From NCBI GenBank assembly GCA_047601445.1, contig JASGJH010000001.1, positions 4,224,001-4,288,000 on the forward strand: a stretch of 64,000 bases of DNA, given 5' to 3'. The translations under genes and the position numbers were made by a program. Each line of letters opens with the position of its first letter. Positions within the stretch are counted from its first letter, which is position 1. Shown here in pieces: positions 1 through 9,448 of the stretch. Under the pieces are notes generated by a model. The model made no database searches and had not been told where the DNA came from. It was given only the letters and a program-made list of their open reading frames with translations. The stretch comes from Myxococcales bacterium. Lineage in GTDB: Bacteria > Myxococcota_A > Polyangia > Polyangiales > DASUME01.

Positions 1-2
1 TC

Positions 3-812
3 CCCTACTCCGCGTTCATGAAGCTCAAGAAGTTGCAGGGCTTGAACGAGATCAGCCGCTACAACCTCTATCCGACCGCCATCATTCAGGGCGAGGCCGC
101 CAAGGGCTACAGCAGCGGTCAGGCCATTCAAGCGGTCAAGGAGGTCGCCGCCGCGACGCTGACGCGTGGCTTCGACATCGGCTGGGCCGGCCTCTCCTAC
201 GACGAAGAGAAGGCGGGCAACGACGCGCTGTACATCTTCCTGGTCGTCGTCGTGTTCGTGTACTTGGTCTTGGTCGGCCAGTACGAGAGCTTCCTGATCC
301 CGCTGGGCGTGCTGATGAGTTTGCCCATCGGCATCTTCGGTTCGTTCTTGTTCCTGAAGCTCATGGGGTTGTCGAACGACGTCTACTGCCAGATAGGCTT
401 GGTCATGTTGGTCGGCCTGCTCGGGAAGAACGCGATTCTGATCATCGAGTTCGCCATCCAGCGTCGGCAGGAAGGGTTGAGCATCATCGAGGCGGGCATC
501 GAAGGTGCGCGCCTGCGTTTCAGGCCGATTCTGATGACCTCGTTCGCCTTCATCGTCGGCTTGATTCCGCTGGTGCGCGCCACCGGCGCCGGAGCGCTCG
601 GCAACAAGACCATCGGCTCGACCGGCGTCGGCGGCATGTTACTCGGCACGATCCTCGGCGTCTTCGTGATTCCCGGGCTCTATTACATCGTCGCGAAGCT
701 CTCGGACGGCCGCAAGCTGATCCGGGCGCAGAACAAGACCCCCCTCTCCGAGGAGGTCGAAGGCGGTCAAGGCTCCGCGGGGCCCCATGCGCACGGCAGC
801 ATGATCCCGTAG
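3..812 (+). CDS. RND efflux permease (AcrB/HAE1 family), C-terminal part; 5' end outside window
   Basis: Motifs GYSSGQA, LVGQYES, GLLGKNAILIIEFA, RFRPILMTSFAFIVG; frame open from window start. Confidence 0.93.
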   Translation, partial: PYSAFMKLKKLQGLNEISRYNLYPTAIIQGEAAKGYSSGQAIQAVKEVAAATLTRGFDIGWAGLSYDEEKAGNDALYIFLVVVVFVYLVLVGQYESFLIPLGVLMSLPIGIFGSFLFLKLMGLSNDVYCQIGLVMLVGLLGKNAILIIEFAIQRRQEGLSIIEAGIEGARLRFRPILMTSFAFIVGLIPLVRATGAGALGNKTIGSTGVGGMLLGTILGVFVIPGLYYIVAKLSDGRKLIRAQNKTPLSEEVEGGQGSAGPHAHGSMIP

Positions 813-1135
813 CCGCAGCGCGGACGAACCGAACGGGTAATCGACGCCCCGCAAAGCGCAGCCGCCAGAGGTCTTGCAGCCTGCGCATCAGCGAGCTTCG
901 CGGCATTCGGCGACTCGCGCCGATCACCCCATCACCCCACCTTTTGGCACCGTCTGCTCACGCCCGTTGATTGCGCGAGAGCGCTCAGGTACTGGTTGCG
1001 CCGGGGAAACTGCACTCGTGGTTCGCGGCGGCGCACCGCATCGGGACGCCGCTGCAGTCATGTGCGCGTCAGCACCGAGTCTCCGCAGCGATGCGAAGAC
1101 TTGGCGTTGCCGTCTTGCACGCGTTGGGGGAAAAA

Positions 1136-1939
1136 ATGAGTCTGAAAGTGCTGTTCGGAGTCAAGCCATTTGGAAGAGCTCTGCTGCCAACCTGTCTCTT
1201 TGCACTGGCCAGCGCGACGAGCTGCGCCGAGGTCGGCCCTGATGGAGAGCCTCTGGAAACCGACGGAGAGGTCGAGGGTACGAGCCAAGCGATCGAGGCG
1301 AATTCTTCGGTGGTGATCAGCCAGCTCTACGTGGACATCAGCGGGTCGTCCGGCAACAGCGTGACGCAGCCGTACAACCGTGACTTCATCGAGATCTTCA
1401 ATCGCGGTAATCACGCGGTTTCGCTCAACGGTTGGTCGATCCAGTACGCGTCCGCCGTCGGAACCGGCCTCTTCGGAGGGTCGAACAATCTCATTACGCC
1501 GCTGCCCAACGTCTCGCTACAAGCAGGCCAGTACATGCTCATCCAGGGGACCTTCGGCCCGGGCTCGAGCACCACGCCCCTCCCCTCGCCGTTCGTTGCC
1601 GATCCCGACCAAGCGATCGACATGGCGCGAGCGGGCGGCAAGGTTGCTCTCGCGAAGATTGCGACCTCGGTCGGCTGCAACGGCGGTAGCGCCAGCTCGA
1701 CTCCTTGCACCGCGGCACAGCTGGCGAACATCGTCGACGTCGTCGGCTACGGCAGCGCGAACTACTACGAAGGCGCGCTGGGAACCGCCGCGGTTCCCAA
1801 CGGGAGTGCTCTGTGGAGAAGCTTCGACGGTTGCTGGGACACCAACAGCAGCAGCGTCGACTGGGTCGTACAGGCTCCTGCGCCGCGGACGACCGCCACG
1901 CCCGTGCACAACTGCGGACTCAGCGGCACCACTCCGTGA
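1136..1939 (+). CDS. Lamin-tail-domain (LTD) lipoprotein, similar to the N-terminal domain of ExeM/NucH-type extracellular nucleases but without a nuclease domain
   Basis: VVISQLY...DFIEIFNRGNHAVSLNGWSIQYASA..GQYMLIQ LTD signature; hydrophobic stretch ending ATSC (lipobox-like); ATG 1136 chosen over TTG 971. Confidence 0.75.
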   Translation: MSLKVLFGVKPFGRALLPTCLFALASATSCAEVGPDGEPLETDGEVEGTSQAIEANSSVVISQLYVDISGSSGNSVTQPYNRDFIEIFNRGNHAVSLNGWSIQYASAVGTGLFGGSNNLITPLPNVSLQAGQYMLIQGTFGPGSSTTPLPSPFVADPDQAIDMARAGGKVALAKIATSVGCNGGSASSTPCTAAQLANIVDVVGYGSANYYEGALGTAAVPNGSALWRSFDGCWDTNSSSVDWVVQAPAPRTTATPVHNCGLSGTTP

Positions 1940-2091
1940 CGAGTGAACCGCGGCCCGCGTGACGGACAGATAACATCATGCGCGCGCCGAGACACACTCC
2001 CCGGCGCGGTCGGAACCGCTGAGGCCCAAGATGCGGGCCCGAGGGCCGCTCCCCTTGTCAACGCGATGAGCGCTGCCAAGCTGGCGCCACG

Positions 2092-2847
2092 ATGTGGGTT
2101 GTCCGCCGTCCCCAGCACGTGCTCGTCGGAGAGTCTCTCCCCAAGCCGTCCCAACTCCATTCGCATCATGTGCTGCAGCTGACGCTCAGCGTGAGTGGGC
2201 TGCTCATGCCCGTCATCGCTGGCGTGGCCTTGCCGCCGGCCGCGGGCATCTTGGTGGGCTCGAATGTGCCGCACACGCTGTCTGGCCACGTGGTGCACGT
2301 GTTCGTGGATCCGCTGGAGCCGCTCGGCCTACGCTTGCGCGGTCTGCTCGGCGCGCGCCCCTATCTCGCGGTGGATCCCCGACAGGCGGCGAGCTTTTGG
2401 GGGGGCGACGCGCGAGCCTGGCTCGAGGGCTCGCCCTTTCCGGACTCGGACGAGCCGGTGGAGCATTTGCTGGCGGAGCTCGAGCGCGGCCACGGAAATG
2501 CCTCGATAGCGCCCCCCGACGGTCGCATTCGCAGTGTCATCGCCACGCTCAAGGGTAGCCTCGACGTGCGCGCTCCCCTGGAGCTGCTGGCGGACGTCGC
2601 GCGCCTGTCTCCGACTCGCCTCACCCATCTGTTCACCGAACAGGTGGGGATGCCCATCAAGCAGTACGTGGTCTGGCTACGCCTGGTGGCCGTGCTGGAG
2701 GCGCTGCGCCCAGGCAAGCAGCTCGGCGCGCTCGCCCACGACACGGGCTTTCCGGATCAGGCCGCCTTCAACCGCACGTATCGCAAAGCCTGGGGCCGCA
2801 CCCCGTCGTCCTTCGCCCGCTCGAACGCCGTTCGAAGCGCAACGTAG
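2092..2847 (+). CDS. AraC-family transcriptional regulator
   Basis: C-terminal LADVARLSPTRLTHLFTEQVG...AHDTGFPDQAAFNRTYRKAWG double HTH. Confidence 0.9.
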   Translation: MWVVRRPQHVLVGESLPKPSQLHSHHVLQLTLSVSGLLMPVIAGVALPPAAGILVGSNVPHTLSGHVVHVFVDPLEPLGLRLRGLLGARPYLAVDPRQAASFWGGDARAWLEGSPFPDSDEPVEHLLAELERGHGNASIAPPDGRIRSVIATLKGSLDVRAPLELLADVARLSPTRLTHLFTEQVGMPIKQYVVWLRLVAVLEALRPGKQLGALAHDTGFPDQAAFNRTYRKAWGRTPSSFARSNAVRSAT

Positions 2848-2931
2848 CCGCTCGCATCAATCGCGCCGGAGCCCCGTCCGGCAGGCTCGCCGTGCCGCTT
2901 CCCCCATGGGTTCGGCGAGCGAGGAAATACG

Positions 2932-4491
2932 ATGGGAAAGACCTCAACCATTCTTGCTTGTGTGGGCGCGGGCCTGCTGTTTGGCGCCTGCGGTGATCCC
3001 CAGTTTTTCTATACCTACGTGTTCAGCGAACTCAGCGACCGCATCGAGACGCGTGACCCGATCCCCCCAGCCAAGACCTACGTGGACGCCCATAACGCGG
3101 CCCCCACGGTCATGGACATGCACGCGGACAGTCTGGCCGCGCCGGACGAGGGCACCTACCTCGAGCGCTTGCTGACCAACCCGGACCGCGATGGCCACGT
3201 GGACGTACCGCGCTTGATCAAGGGCAACGTCGCGCTGCAGGTGTTCGCGGCCACCTCCAAGGCGTCGCTTGACACCCTCGCGGACGCGGTGCCGGGGCTC
3301 ACGGACCCGTTCGTGGACGACGCGGGTGTGGCGCACTCGCGCTACGGCTTCGAGCGCGATCCCAACGTGCCGGAGTACGACGACCTGGCCGCCCCCTATG
3401 CGCGAAGCTACGCGGACGCGCCGTACTGGATGCCGCGCGACGTGGGCACCTACTTCTTCCGCATGGCCGGACAGCCCTGCCGGACCTGGTATGAGGACGG
3501 CAACTGGCCCGCCGAGACCTGGGGCCCCACCCCGCCCTGCCCTGATTTCGACCCTGCGCGCACGTACATCGAGCGTCTGCTCGTGATGGCCCGCCGGCTC
3601 AAGGCCGCGGACGATGCCGACGCGCGCCTGTTCATGGTGCGCTCGCGGGCCGAGTTGAATGCCTTTCTGGCCCTGCGCTCGGTCAACCGCGGCATCGTGG
3701 CCGCCCTGCTCTCCAGCGAAGGCATCTACTTTCGTAGCGACGCCTCGACCAGCGCAGGCCAAGCGCGCCTGCGCGCCACCTTCGACGAGCTGTTCGACGC
3801 GGGCTTCCGCATGTTCTCGCTCACGCACTTCATGGACAACGACCATGGTGGCTCCTCCACCGGCATGGGCAACGCGCGCAGCGAGGATGGACGCGGGCTC
3901 TCCCCGGCCGGCAAGCTGTTCGCCGAACTGAGCCTAGGCCGCGGCGCCGTCCTCGACGTAGCTCACGCCTCCCATGCCACCGTCGCGGACCTCGCTCAGC
4001 TCGCGCGCAGCTATCAAAAGCCTCTGGTTTTCTCGCACGGCGGTCTGCGCGACATCCCCGGTGTCGATGGCGCATGCGTGAACCCGCGCAACCTCGATGC
4101 CGCGCAGATCGCGGACATCGCCTCGACCGGCGGCGTGGTGGGTATCGGCTACGCAGAGGAATTCGTGTGCGACACTGCGCCCAGCGCCTGGGCGCGCGCG
4201 GTGCGCCATGCCGTCGATGCCATCGACGCGGCCCAGGTGCGACTCCACAAGAATCCCGCCAATCCCGTGCTGCGCGGCGTGGATCACGTGGGCCTGGGCT
4301 CGGACTACGATGGCGGCATCAAGCCGTACACGGACGTGGCCAACCTGAACCAGTACACGCGCGCGCTGATGTGCTCGCAGACCTGGTACTCGCCCAATTG
4401 CCTGGATCGACCGTTCACCCAAGCCGAGGTCAACAAGATCCTCGGCGCCAACACCCTGCGGGTGCTCCAAGCCACCCTGCCAGCCAACTGA
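2932..4491 (+). CDS. Membrane dipeptidase-like lipoprotein (peptidase M19, amidohydrolase fold)
   Basis: Lipobox LFGAC; DMHADS, GHVDVPRL, SEG, LTHF, DVAHAS, FSHGG, PRNL, HVGLGSDYDG, KILGAN motifs. Confidence 0.88.
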   Translation: MGKTSTILACVGAGLLFGACGDPQFFYTYVFSELSDRIETRDPIPPAKTYVDAHNAAPTVMDMHADSLAAPDEGTYLERLLTNPDRDGHVDVPRLIKGNVALQVFAATSKASLDTLADAVPGLTDPFVDDAGVAHSRYGFERDPNVPEYDDLAAPYARSYADAPYWMPRDVGTYFFRMAGQPCRTWYEDGNWPAETWGPTPPCPDFDPARTYIERLLVMARRLKAADDADARLFMVRSRAELNAFLALRSVNRGIVAALLSSEGIYFRSDASTSAGQARLRATFDELFDAGFRMFSLTHFMDNDHGGSSTGMGNARSEDGRGLSPAGKLFAELSLGRGAVLDVAHASHATVADLAQLARSYQKPLVFSHGGLRDIPGVDGACVNPRNLDAAQIADIASTGGVVGIGYAEEFVCDTAPSAWARAVRHAVDAIDAAQVRLHKNPANPVLRGVDHVGLGSDYDGGIKPYTDVANLNQYTRALMCSQTWYSPNCLDRPFTQAEVNKILGANTLRVLQATLPAN

Positions 4492-4508
4492 AAAGAGGAG
4501 CAATCGAC

Positions 4509-5771
4509 ATGAAAAAGACCCTTTGGATGGGTGGTTCCTTGCTCGGACTCACGCTGCTCGGTGCGAGCGCGCTGCAGTCGCCTGCTCAGGCGGCCGCGGC
4601 CAACTGCCCCGCGTTCACCTGGCAGAGCCTCTGGTACGGGCTCGAGTGGTCGATCCTGGCCTTCGCGCCTTCCACCCAGAATCAAGCGGGCGTGCAGGGC
4701 ATTCCGCCCGCGGACGAGCTCGCCACCGGAACCCGCGATCGCAGCACCGAAAAGCGCATCCTCCTGTTCGGCGACCTCCTGCCCATGCAGAAGGACACGC
4801 CTCCACGCGCGAGCCCGGAAGTGCGCGCGCTCTTCGCGTCCGCGGACTTGATCCTGGGCAACATCGAGTCCCCCGTCTACCAGATCAAGACCTGGTACAC
4901 GCAACACGGCCTCGACCTAAACGCCGACCAGACAGGTGATTTCCACGCCTCCACCGGCTTCGTGCGCTCGTTCATGGACCAGTACTGCATGAATCCCGCG
5001 AAGGCCGTCTTCACGGTCGCCAACAATCACGCGGGCGACCGCGACCAGGCGGGCTGGGACGAGACCGTGCGCGCCACCGCAGCCATGGGCGTGCGCGGTA
5101 TCGTCGGAACGCGGACCAGCAGCGATGGGTCTGGCCGTGCGAGCATGGGCAGCTTCGATCTCGGCGCGGGGCTCAAGGTCGGCGTGGTCGGCTGGACCCA
5201 GGAAGAGAACTGCCCGCTCGACAACGCCTGGGCGCGCTATGCGGACATCGACGCTGCGGGCGCCAACGCGGTGAATTGGAACACGCTGAAGCAGCAGAAC
5301 GGCATCGATCTGTTGATCGGCATCCCGCACTGGGGCCCCCAGTTCCATTTCTATCCCGAGGCCGCCATCTACGACGAAGCAGAGAGCCTCACTGCTCGCG
5401 GCTTCGACCTCATCAGCGGTACCGGCCCCAGCGTCCTACAGCCAGCGGAGCTCTTTCCGGGCGGCATTACGTTCTTCAGCCAGGGCAGCGTGAACGCGAA
5501 CTTCTCCCTCAATGGCACCACGTTCTTGATCCCGGTCGTGGAAATCCTCGTGGATCCCGCGGGCCGCGTGGTCGAGTACAACGTGCACGCGTTCGCGCAG
5601 CGCAAGGTGAGCACCAGCTTGCCGAGCCTCATCGTCTGCCCGGACGGGCGCTGGGTCACTGACCAGGCGCGCGCCACGGATTGGGAGGTCGTGCCGCTCG
5701 AGCAGATCTCCAACACCTGGGGCACGCGGGACGCGCTGCAGCGGGATCTGGATCGGGTGTTTCCGCGGTAG
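4509..5771 (+). CDS. Secreted CapA/PGA_cap-family metallophosphoesterase-fold protein
   Basis: RBS AGAGGAG; signal peptide MKKTLW...AQA; FGDL, GNIESP, ANNHAGD, PHWG motifs. Confidence 0.85.
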   Translation: MKKTLWMGGSLLGLTLLGASALQSPAQAAAANCPAFTWQSLWYGLEWSILAFAPSTQNQAGVQGIPPADELATGTRDRSTEKRILLFGDLLPMQKDTPPRASPEVRALFASADLILGNIESPVYQIKTWYTQHGLDLNADQTGDFHASTGFVRSFMDQYCMNPAKAVFTVANNHAGDRDQAGWDETVRATAAMGVRGIVGTRTSSDGSGRASMGSFDLGAGLKVGVVGWTQEENCPLDNAWARYADIDAAGANAVNWNTLKQQNGIDLLIGIPHWGPQFHFYPEAAIYDEAESLTARGFDLISGTGPSVLQPAELFPGGITFFSQGSVNANFSLNGTTFLIPVVEILVDPAGRVVEYNVHAFAQRKVSTSLPSLIVCPDGRWVTDQARATDWEVVPLEQISNTWGTRDALQRDLDRVFPR

Positions 5772-5787
5772 TGACGAGGCTTCCAAT

Positions 5788-7410
5788 CTACTCCAGCCGA
5801 TTCACCCACACGCGCGGATGCATCCCATCCGACGCAATCCATGCCGCCGTCGCGACACCGTTCCCATTTACTGCGACCACTGGCTCGCTAGCCGAGCCCA
5901 TGTCCTGGTCCTCGATCAGCGCCGCCTGCCCCCAGCTCACCGACTTTGCCGAGAAGCGGTTCGCCCACACATTGTCGCGTGTATTGTCGGACTGAACCCA
6001 GATCGCGAGCCCGTTACCCACGGCGTCGACCCCGATGGCGGGCGTCGACGCGGTTCGGTCGTCGCTTTCGATGGTGATTTCGGCATCCCAGCCTGCCTCC
6101 CTGGTGTAGCGCCTGGCACGGATGTCCGAGTGCGTCCCGGCTGGGTGGCTCCAGACCGCAAATACCGCACCTGCTCCGTTGGTCACCATGGCCGGTTCGA
6201 TCGCGGGCAGCGAGGCCACCGGCGCAGACGGCGTCGGACACGCTGCCCATCCGCAACCTGCTGCCCGGAAGCTGCCCTTGTCGTTGTACAGGATGGTGGC
6301 ATTGCCTGCGTCGTCGAGCACGGCTAGCCCGGTCGAGTAGCTCTGCACGATCGGTGACGCGCCCCATGCTCCCCCGGCCGGGCGATGCCCTAGGTTCACA
6401 GTGGGTTGGCTTTCCGTGGTTGTATAAGTCAGGCAGGCATCTCCGCCGTGGTTGACGGCGATTTTTGCCACCGTCGACGAACTGTTGATGTAGTTGAGCC
6501 GCTCGTCGCTTCCCCACAGCCCTGTCGGCGAGCAGCGATTAACGAACAACGCGTACGACGTGTCGTAGTGCTCGATCCAGCTGAGATGAACGGTCCCGTC
6601 CTGAGCAACCGCCAGTTGCGGATTGATCATGTCCGAGGAACTCGTAAGCACCTGCACATTGTTCGGCGCACTCCAGCCCTTCGACTGCGTGTGGCGCGCT
6701 GCCTGCACACGCTGGCGCGTTCCATCGAAGCCTTGCCAGGCCGCGGTCGCGTTGCCATCCGCGTCCATCACGATTTCGGGGTTGATGGCATCCCCCGTGT
6801 CGTCCTTTTCGACCAGCTGCGGCGCGCCCCAGCCCTCATCGGGCGTGTAGCGGCTCGACCAGATGTTCTTGCGGACTCCGTCGAGCTGCTGCCACACGAC
6901 CATCGCCTCACCCGCGCCATTCATGGCCACCGCCGGGTTGGCGGCCTCCCCGCTTGCACCGGACACCGCGCTTCCCGAGGACACCCATGTTCGCATGCGG
7001 CACGCATGGCCCGCGCTGTCGGGCACGTGGTCGAAATCGCACTCGCACGCGTAATCGCCGATCTGATTGTGACAGGCCACCGCTCCTTCCCCGCAGCGTG
7101 TAGAAACGTCGATGCTAGAGCATTCATCGATGTCGATACACTCCTGACCCAACGGGCTGTACCCCGCGCTGCAGGTAGTCTGCGGCGAGCCCGGTTCCTC
7201 CGCTGACCCGCCGTCTGCCCCCACCTCGGCGTCCGTGCTCGTCAAATTCTCCGAGGGCCCTGCATCTGCATCGAGCCGGCCGCCGCCGTCCAAACCGGCG
7301 CCCGCGCCAGCGTCGACGGCCCTCCGCTCCGGATTGCTCGACCAGCTCAAGACGCAGCCGTCGAGTAGGCACACGATCGGGGCAACGAGCGCCATCATTC
7401 GGCGTGACAT
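5788..7410 (-). CDS. Lipoprotein with calcium-binding EGF-like domain and repeated beta-propeller-like blades
   Basis: LDGC lipobox; CIDIDEC...CHNQIGDYACEC EGF_CA consensus; repeats of P-x-[VI]A[MV]-[ND]-x-x-G-x-A-x-x-x-W. Confidence 0.78.
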   Translation of the reverse strand: MSRRMMALVAPIVCLLDGCVLSWSSNPERRAVDAGAGAGLDGGGRLDADAGPSENLTSTDAEVGADGGSAEEPGSPQTTCSAGYSPLGQECIDIDECSSIDVSTRCGEGAVACHNQIGDYACECDFDHVPDSAGHACRMRTWVSSGSAVSGASGEAANPAVAMNGAGEAMVVWQQLDGVRKNIWSSRYTPDEGWGAPQLVEKDDTGDAINPEIVMDADGNATAAWQGFDGTRQRVQAARHTQSKGWSAPNNVQVLTSSSDMINPQLAVAQDGTVHLSWIEHYDTSYALFVNRCSPTGLWGSDERLNYINSSSTVAKIAVNHGGDACLTYTTTESQPTVNLGHRPAGGAWGASPIVQSYSTGLAVLDDAGNATILYNDKGSFRAAGCGWAACPTPSAPVASLPAIEPAMVTNGAGAVFAVWSHPAGTHSDIRARRYTREAGWDAEITIESDDRTASTPAIGVDAVGNGLAIWVQSDNTRDNVWANRFSAKSVSWGQAALIEDQDMGSASEPVVAVNGNGVATAAWIASDGMHPRVWVNRLE

Positions 7411-7432
7411 GGGGTACCCGTCTTCTAAGGCG

Positions 7433-8119
7433 CTATCTCAAGTGGTAGACGTAGGTCGCAAAGCGTTCGTTCTCACGCCCCGCGTCCTCCCATCCATAGT
7501 GGTACGGACCAATGTGGTGGAGTCGTATCCGCGTATCGATGAAAACCTTGAAGCCGGCGCGTCGAGCGCGCTCGCAGAACGCGTAGTCTTCACCGAGGTA
7601 CCACGGGCCGGCCTCCGTCTGGACCACGAACGGCAGGAAGTAGGGGACCACCCGCTGACCGAACTGCGTGTTGCACACCGGGAGCTCGGTCGACATGGCA
7701 TCGTAGAGCGCGCGCCGCGTGTACATGAAACCGGTGCCCGCGTAGAGCACCTCTTGTAGGCCGCCACGCGGACCGAACGTGAAGCTGGCGGTGCCTGGAA
7801 GCTCCCGCACAGCCAGCTGCCGTCGTCCCTTCTTCGCGTAGGCGCCTGCGACCAAGACCTGGTCACTCGTCCGCAGTCGCTCCACGTCCGTCGGATCGAA
7901 GGCAATGTCATCATCGATCCACAACAGCTCGTCGAAGCCGTCGTCGAGGGCGCGCGTCGCCATGATGCAGCGCGCGAAATCGATCGCCGCATAGCCACTT
8001 ACGCGTCGCACTTCGATCCCGCTGCGCTCCAGCGCACGCAGGCCTTCCTCACAGGCCGGCTCGGGCTTGCCATGCGTGGTCGGAACGAGCACGACGAGTC
8101 GACTAGTCATGGTGCGCAC
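7433..8119 (-). CDS. GT-A fold glycosyltransferase-like protein
   Basis: LLWIDDDI (DxD), GTGFM, GEDYAFCER, LHHIG motifs; start GTG 8119 or ATG 8110. Confidence 0.78.
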   Translation of the reverse strand: MRTMTSRLVVLVPTTHGKPEPACEEGLRALERSGIEVRRVSGYAAIDFARCIMATRALDDGFDELLWIDDDIAFDPTDVERLRTSDQVLVAGAYAKKGRRQLAVRELPGTASFTFGPRGGLQEVLYAGTGFMYTRRALYDAMSTELPVCNTQFGQRVVPYFLPFVVQTEAGPWYLGEDYAFCERARRAGFKVFIDTRIRLHHIGPYHYGWEDAGRENERFATYVYHLR

Positions 8120-9103
8120 TCATGACGCACTACCGCCGCCCGAGCCGCTGCCGCTGCCAGAACCACTGCCGTCGCCAGCGCCGGATCCACTTCCGCTGTC
8201 GCAACCACTTCCGCTACCCGAGCCTGAACCCGAGCCGCTTCCGTCGCAGCCCTCACTGACCCCGGGCTTGCCATTGAAGTCGTAGTTGGCGAGCTCCGAC
8301 AAGGTGATGATCTGCTGGTGCTTCTCGTCTACGAGCCGGTCTCCATCAATCGCCCAGGATCCGACCTCGTCCGCCGGCGCATTGCGCAGGTAGCTGTATT
8401 GCGAACCGTAGCTACGCCATGACGCTCGATCGCTGGTCTTCCTGTAGAAGCGGTCGGCTTCGAGCGTGATCGACGCGGACGTCGACCAGCCCACACTCGA
8501 GTCGCCAGACTCGGATTCGGTCGAGTGGTGGCCAACCAGGTCTCGCTCGGCGTCGGTCAACGGAGTCACGGTGAACGGGCAGCTGGGGACCGCGTCGCCC
8601 CGTGAAAGCGGCGGGGGTGCGTTGCCTCCCTCCACCGTCAAGATGCGGCAGTTGGCGCTGAGCGTTCCGGTTTCGCCGCCGAGCTGACCTCCGCTGAACG
8701 TCACGGTCGCGCCCGCGATACTCCAGCTGCCAGCGGTGTCGAGCCAGTTCTTGCCCAATTTGAAGTTGTAGGACGCGGCGTCGAACTTCACCGCGCGGTC
8801 TTCGTTGGTGAAGGGAATGTTGTTCTCGACGTGTCCCTGGTACTCGTAGGATCCCTGAATCCAACTCGGATGGAGCTCGTTTGGATTCACGCCGCCGTCC
8901 GGGAGAAGGGGAGCCGGGCCGCCGTCCGTCCAATAAGGCCCTGGGCCGCCGTCGGGACGGACAGGGGTGAGTCCCCCATCGCTCTCGCCGCCGTCGCCTG
9001 CTCCCGGAATGGAACCCGCGCTATCGCCGCAAGATGCGGCCGCCAAGATGATCACGGTGGCTCCGACACCACCACGACCGACGACGAATCTCAGCTTGGA
9101 CAT
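8120..9103 (-). CDS. Lipoprotein of unknown function with Ser-Gly-repeat C-terminal tail
   Basis: RBS AAAGGAGG before ATG 9103; AASC lipobox; tail GSGSGSGSGSGCDSGSGSGAGDGSGSGSGSGSGGGSAS. Confidence 0.72.
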   Translation of the reverse strand: MSKLRFVVGRGGVGATVIILAAASCGDSAGSIPGAGDGGESDGGLTPVRPDGGPGPYWTDGGPAPLLPDGGVNPNELHPSWIQGSYEYQGHVENNIPFTNEDRAVKFDAASYNFKLGKNWLDTAGSWSIAGATVTFSGGQLGGETGTLSANCRILTVEGGNAPPPLSRGDAVPSCPFTVTPLTDAERDLVGHHSTESESGDSSVGWSTSASITLEADRFYRKTSDRASWRSYGSQYSYLRNAPADEVGSWAIDGDRLVDEKHQQIITLSELANYDFNGKPGVSEGCDGSGSGSGSGSGSGCDSGSGSGAGDGSGSGSGSGSGGGSAS

Positions 9104-9448
9104 GCGCCAGCCTCCTTTCGCGAAGCATCGCGATGCTCCGAGCCATGCGACCTGGAGGCACGCCAATCTAAGAAAGCCAAACCTGCGGGTCCATGGTCAC
9201 TTCTTCGACGTTCGCTTCTCGAGCGAAGCCGGCTGGTTGTTCCACGACGATCGGGTGCGTTTGGTGAAGTCGCGTGCATGAAGCTCGCGGTTAGCAAGCA
9301 GCACGCCGACACTCATTTTCCGCCCCATCCAAGCGAACACCCCTGACTGGTCTCGGTCAGCGCTGGACTGCGTTGCGTGACGCCGGACGCTTCGTGCACA
9401 CGGGGTTGCGCGAGTTGCGCAGCGCCTTGCGCAACCTCAGCGCCTTGG

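Noticed and set aside
944..960. TGGCAC as a possible sigma-54 promoter
   Set aside because: GG-to-GC spacing is 8 nt rather than 10
8125..8250. Repetitive DNA as possible CRISPR or tandem array
   Set aside because: Degenerate codons for a Ser-Gly tail; no repeat-spacer structure and no cas genes in the window
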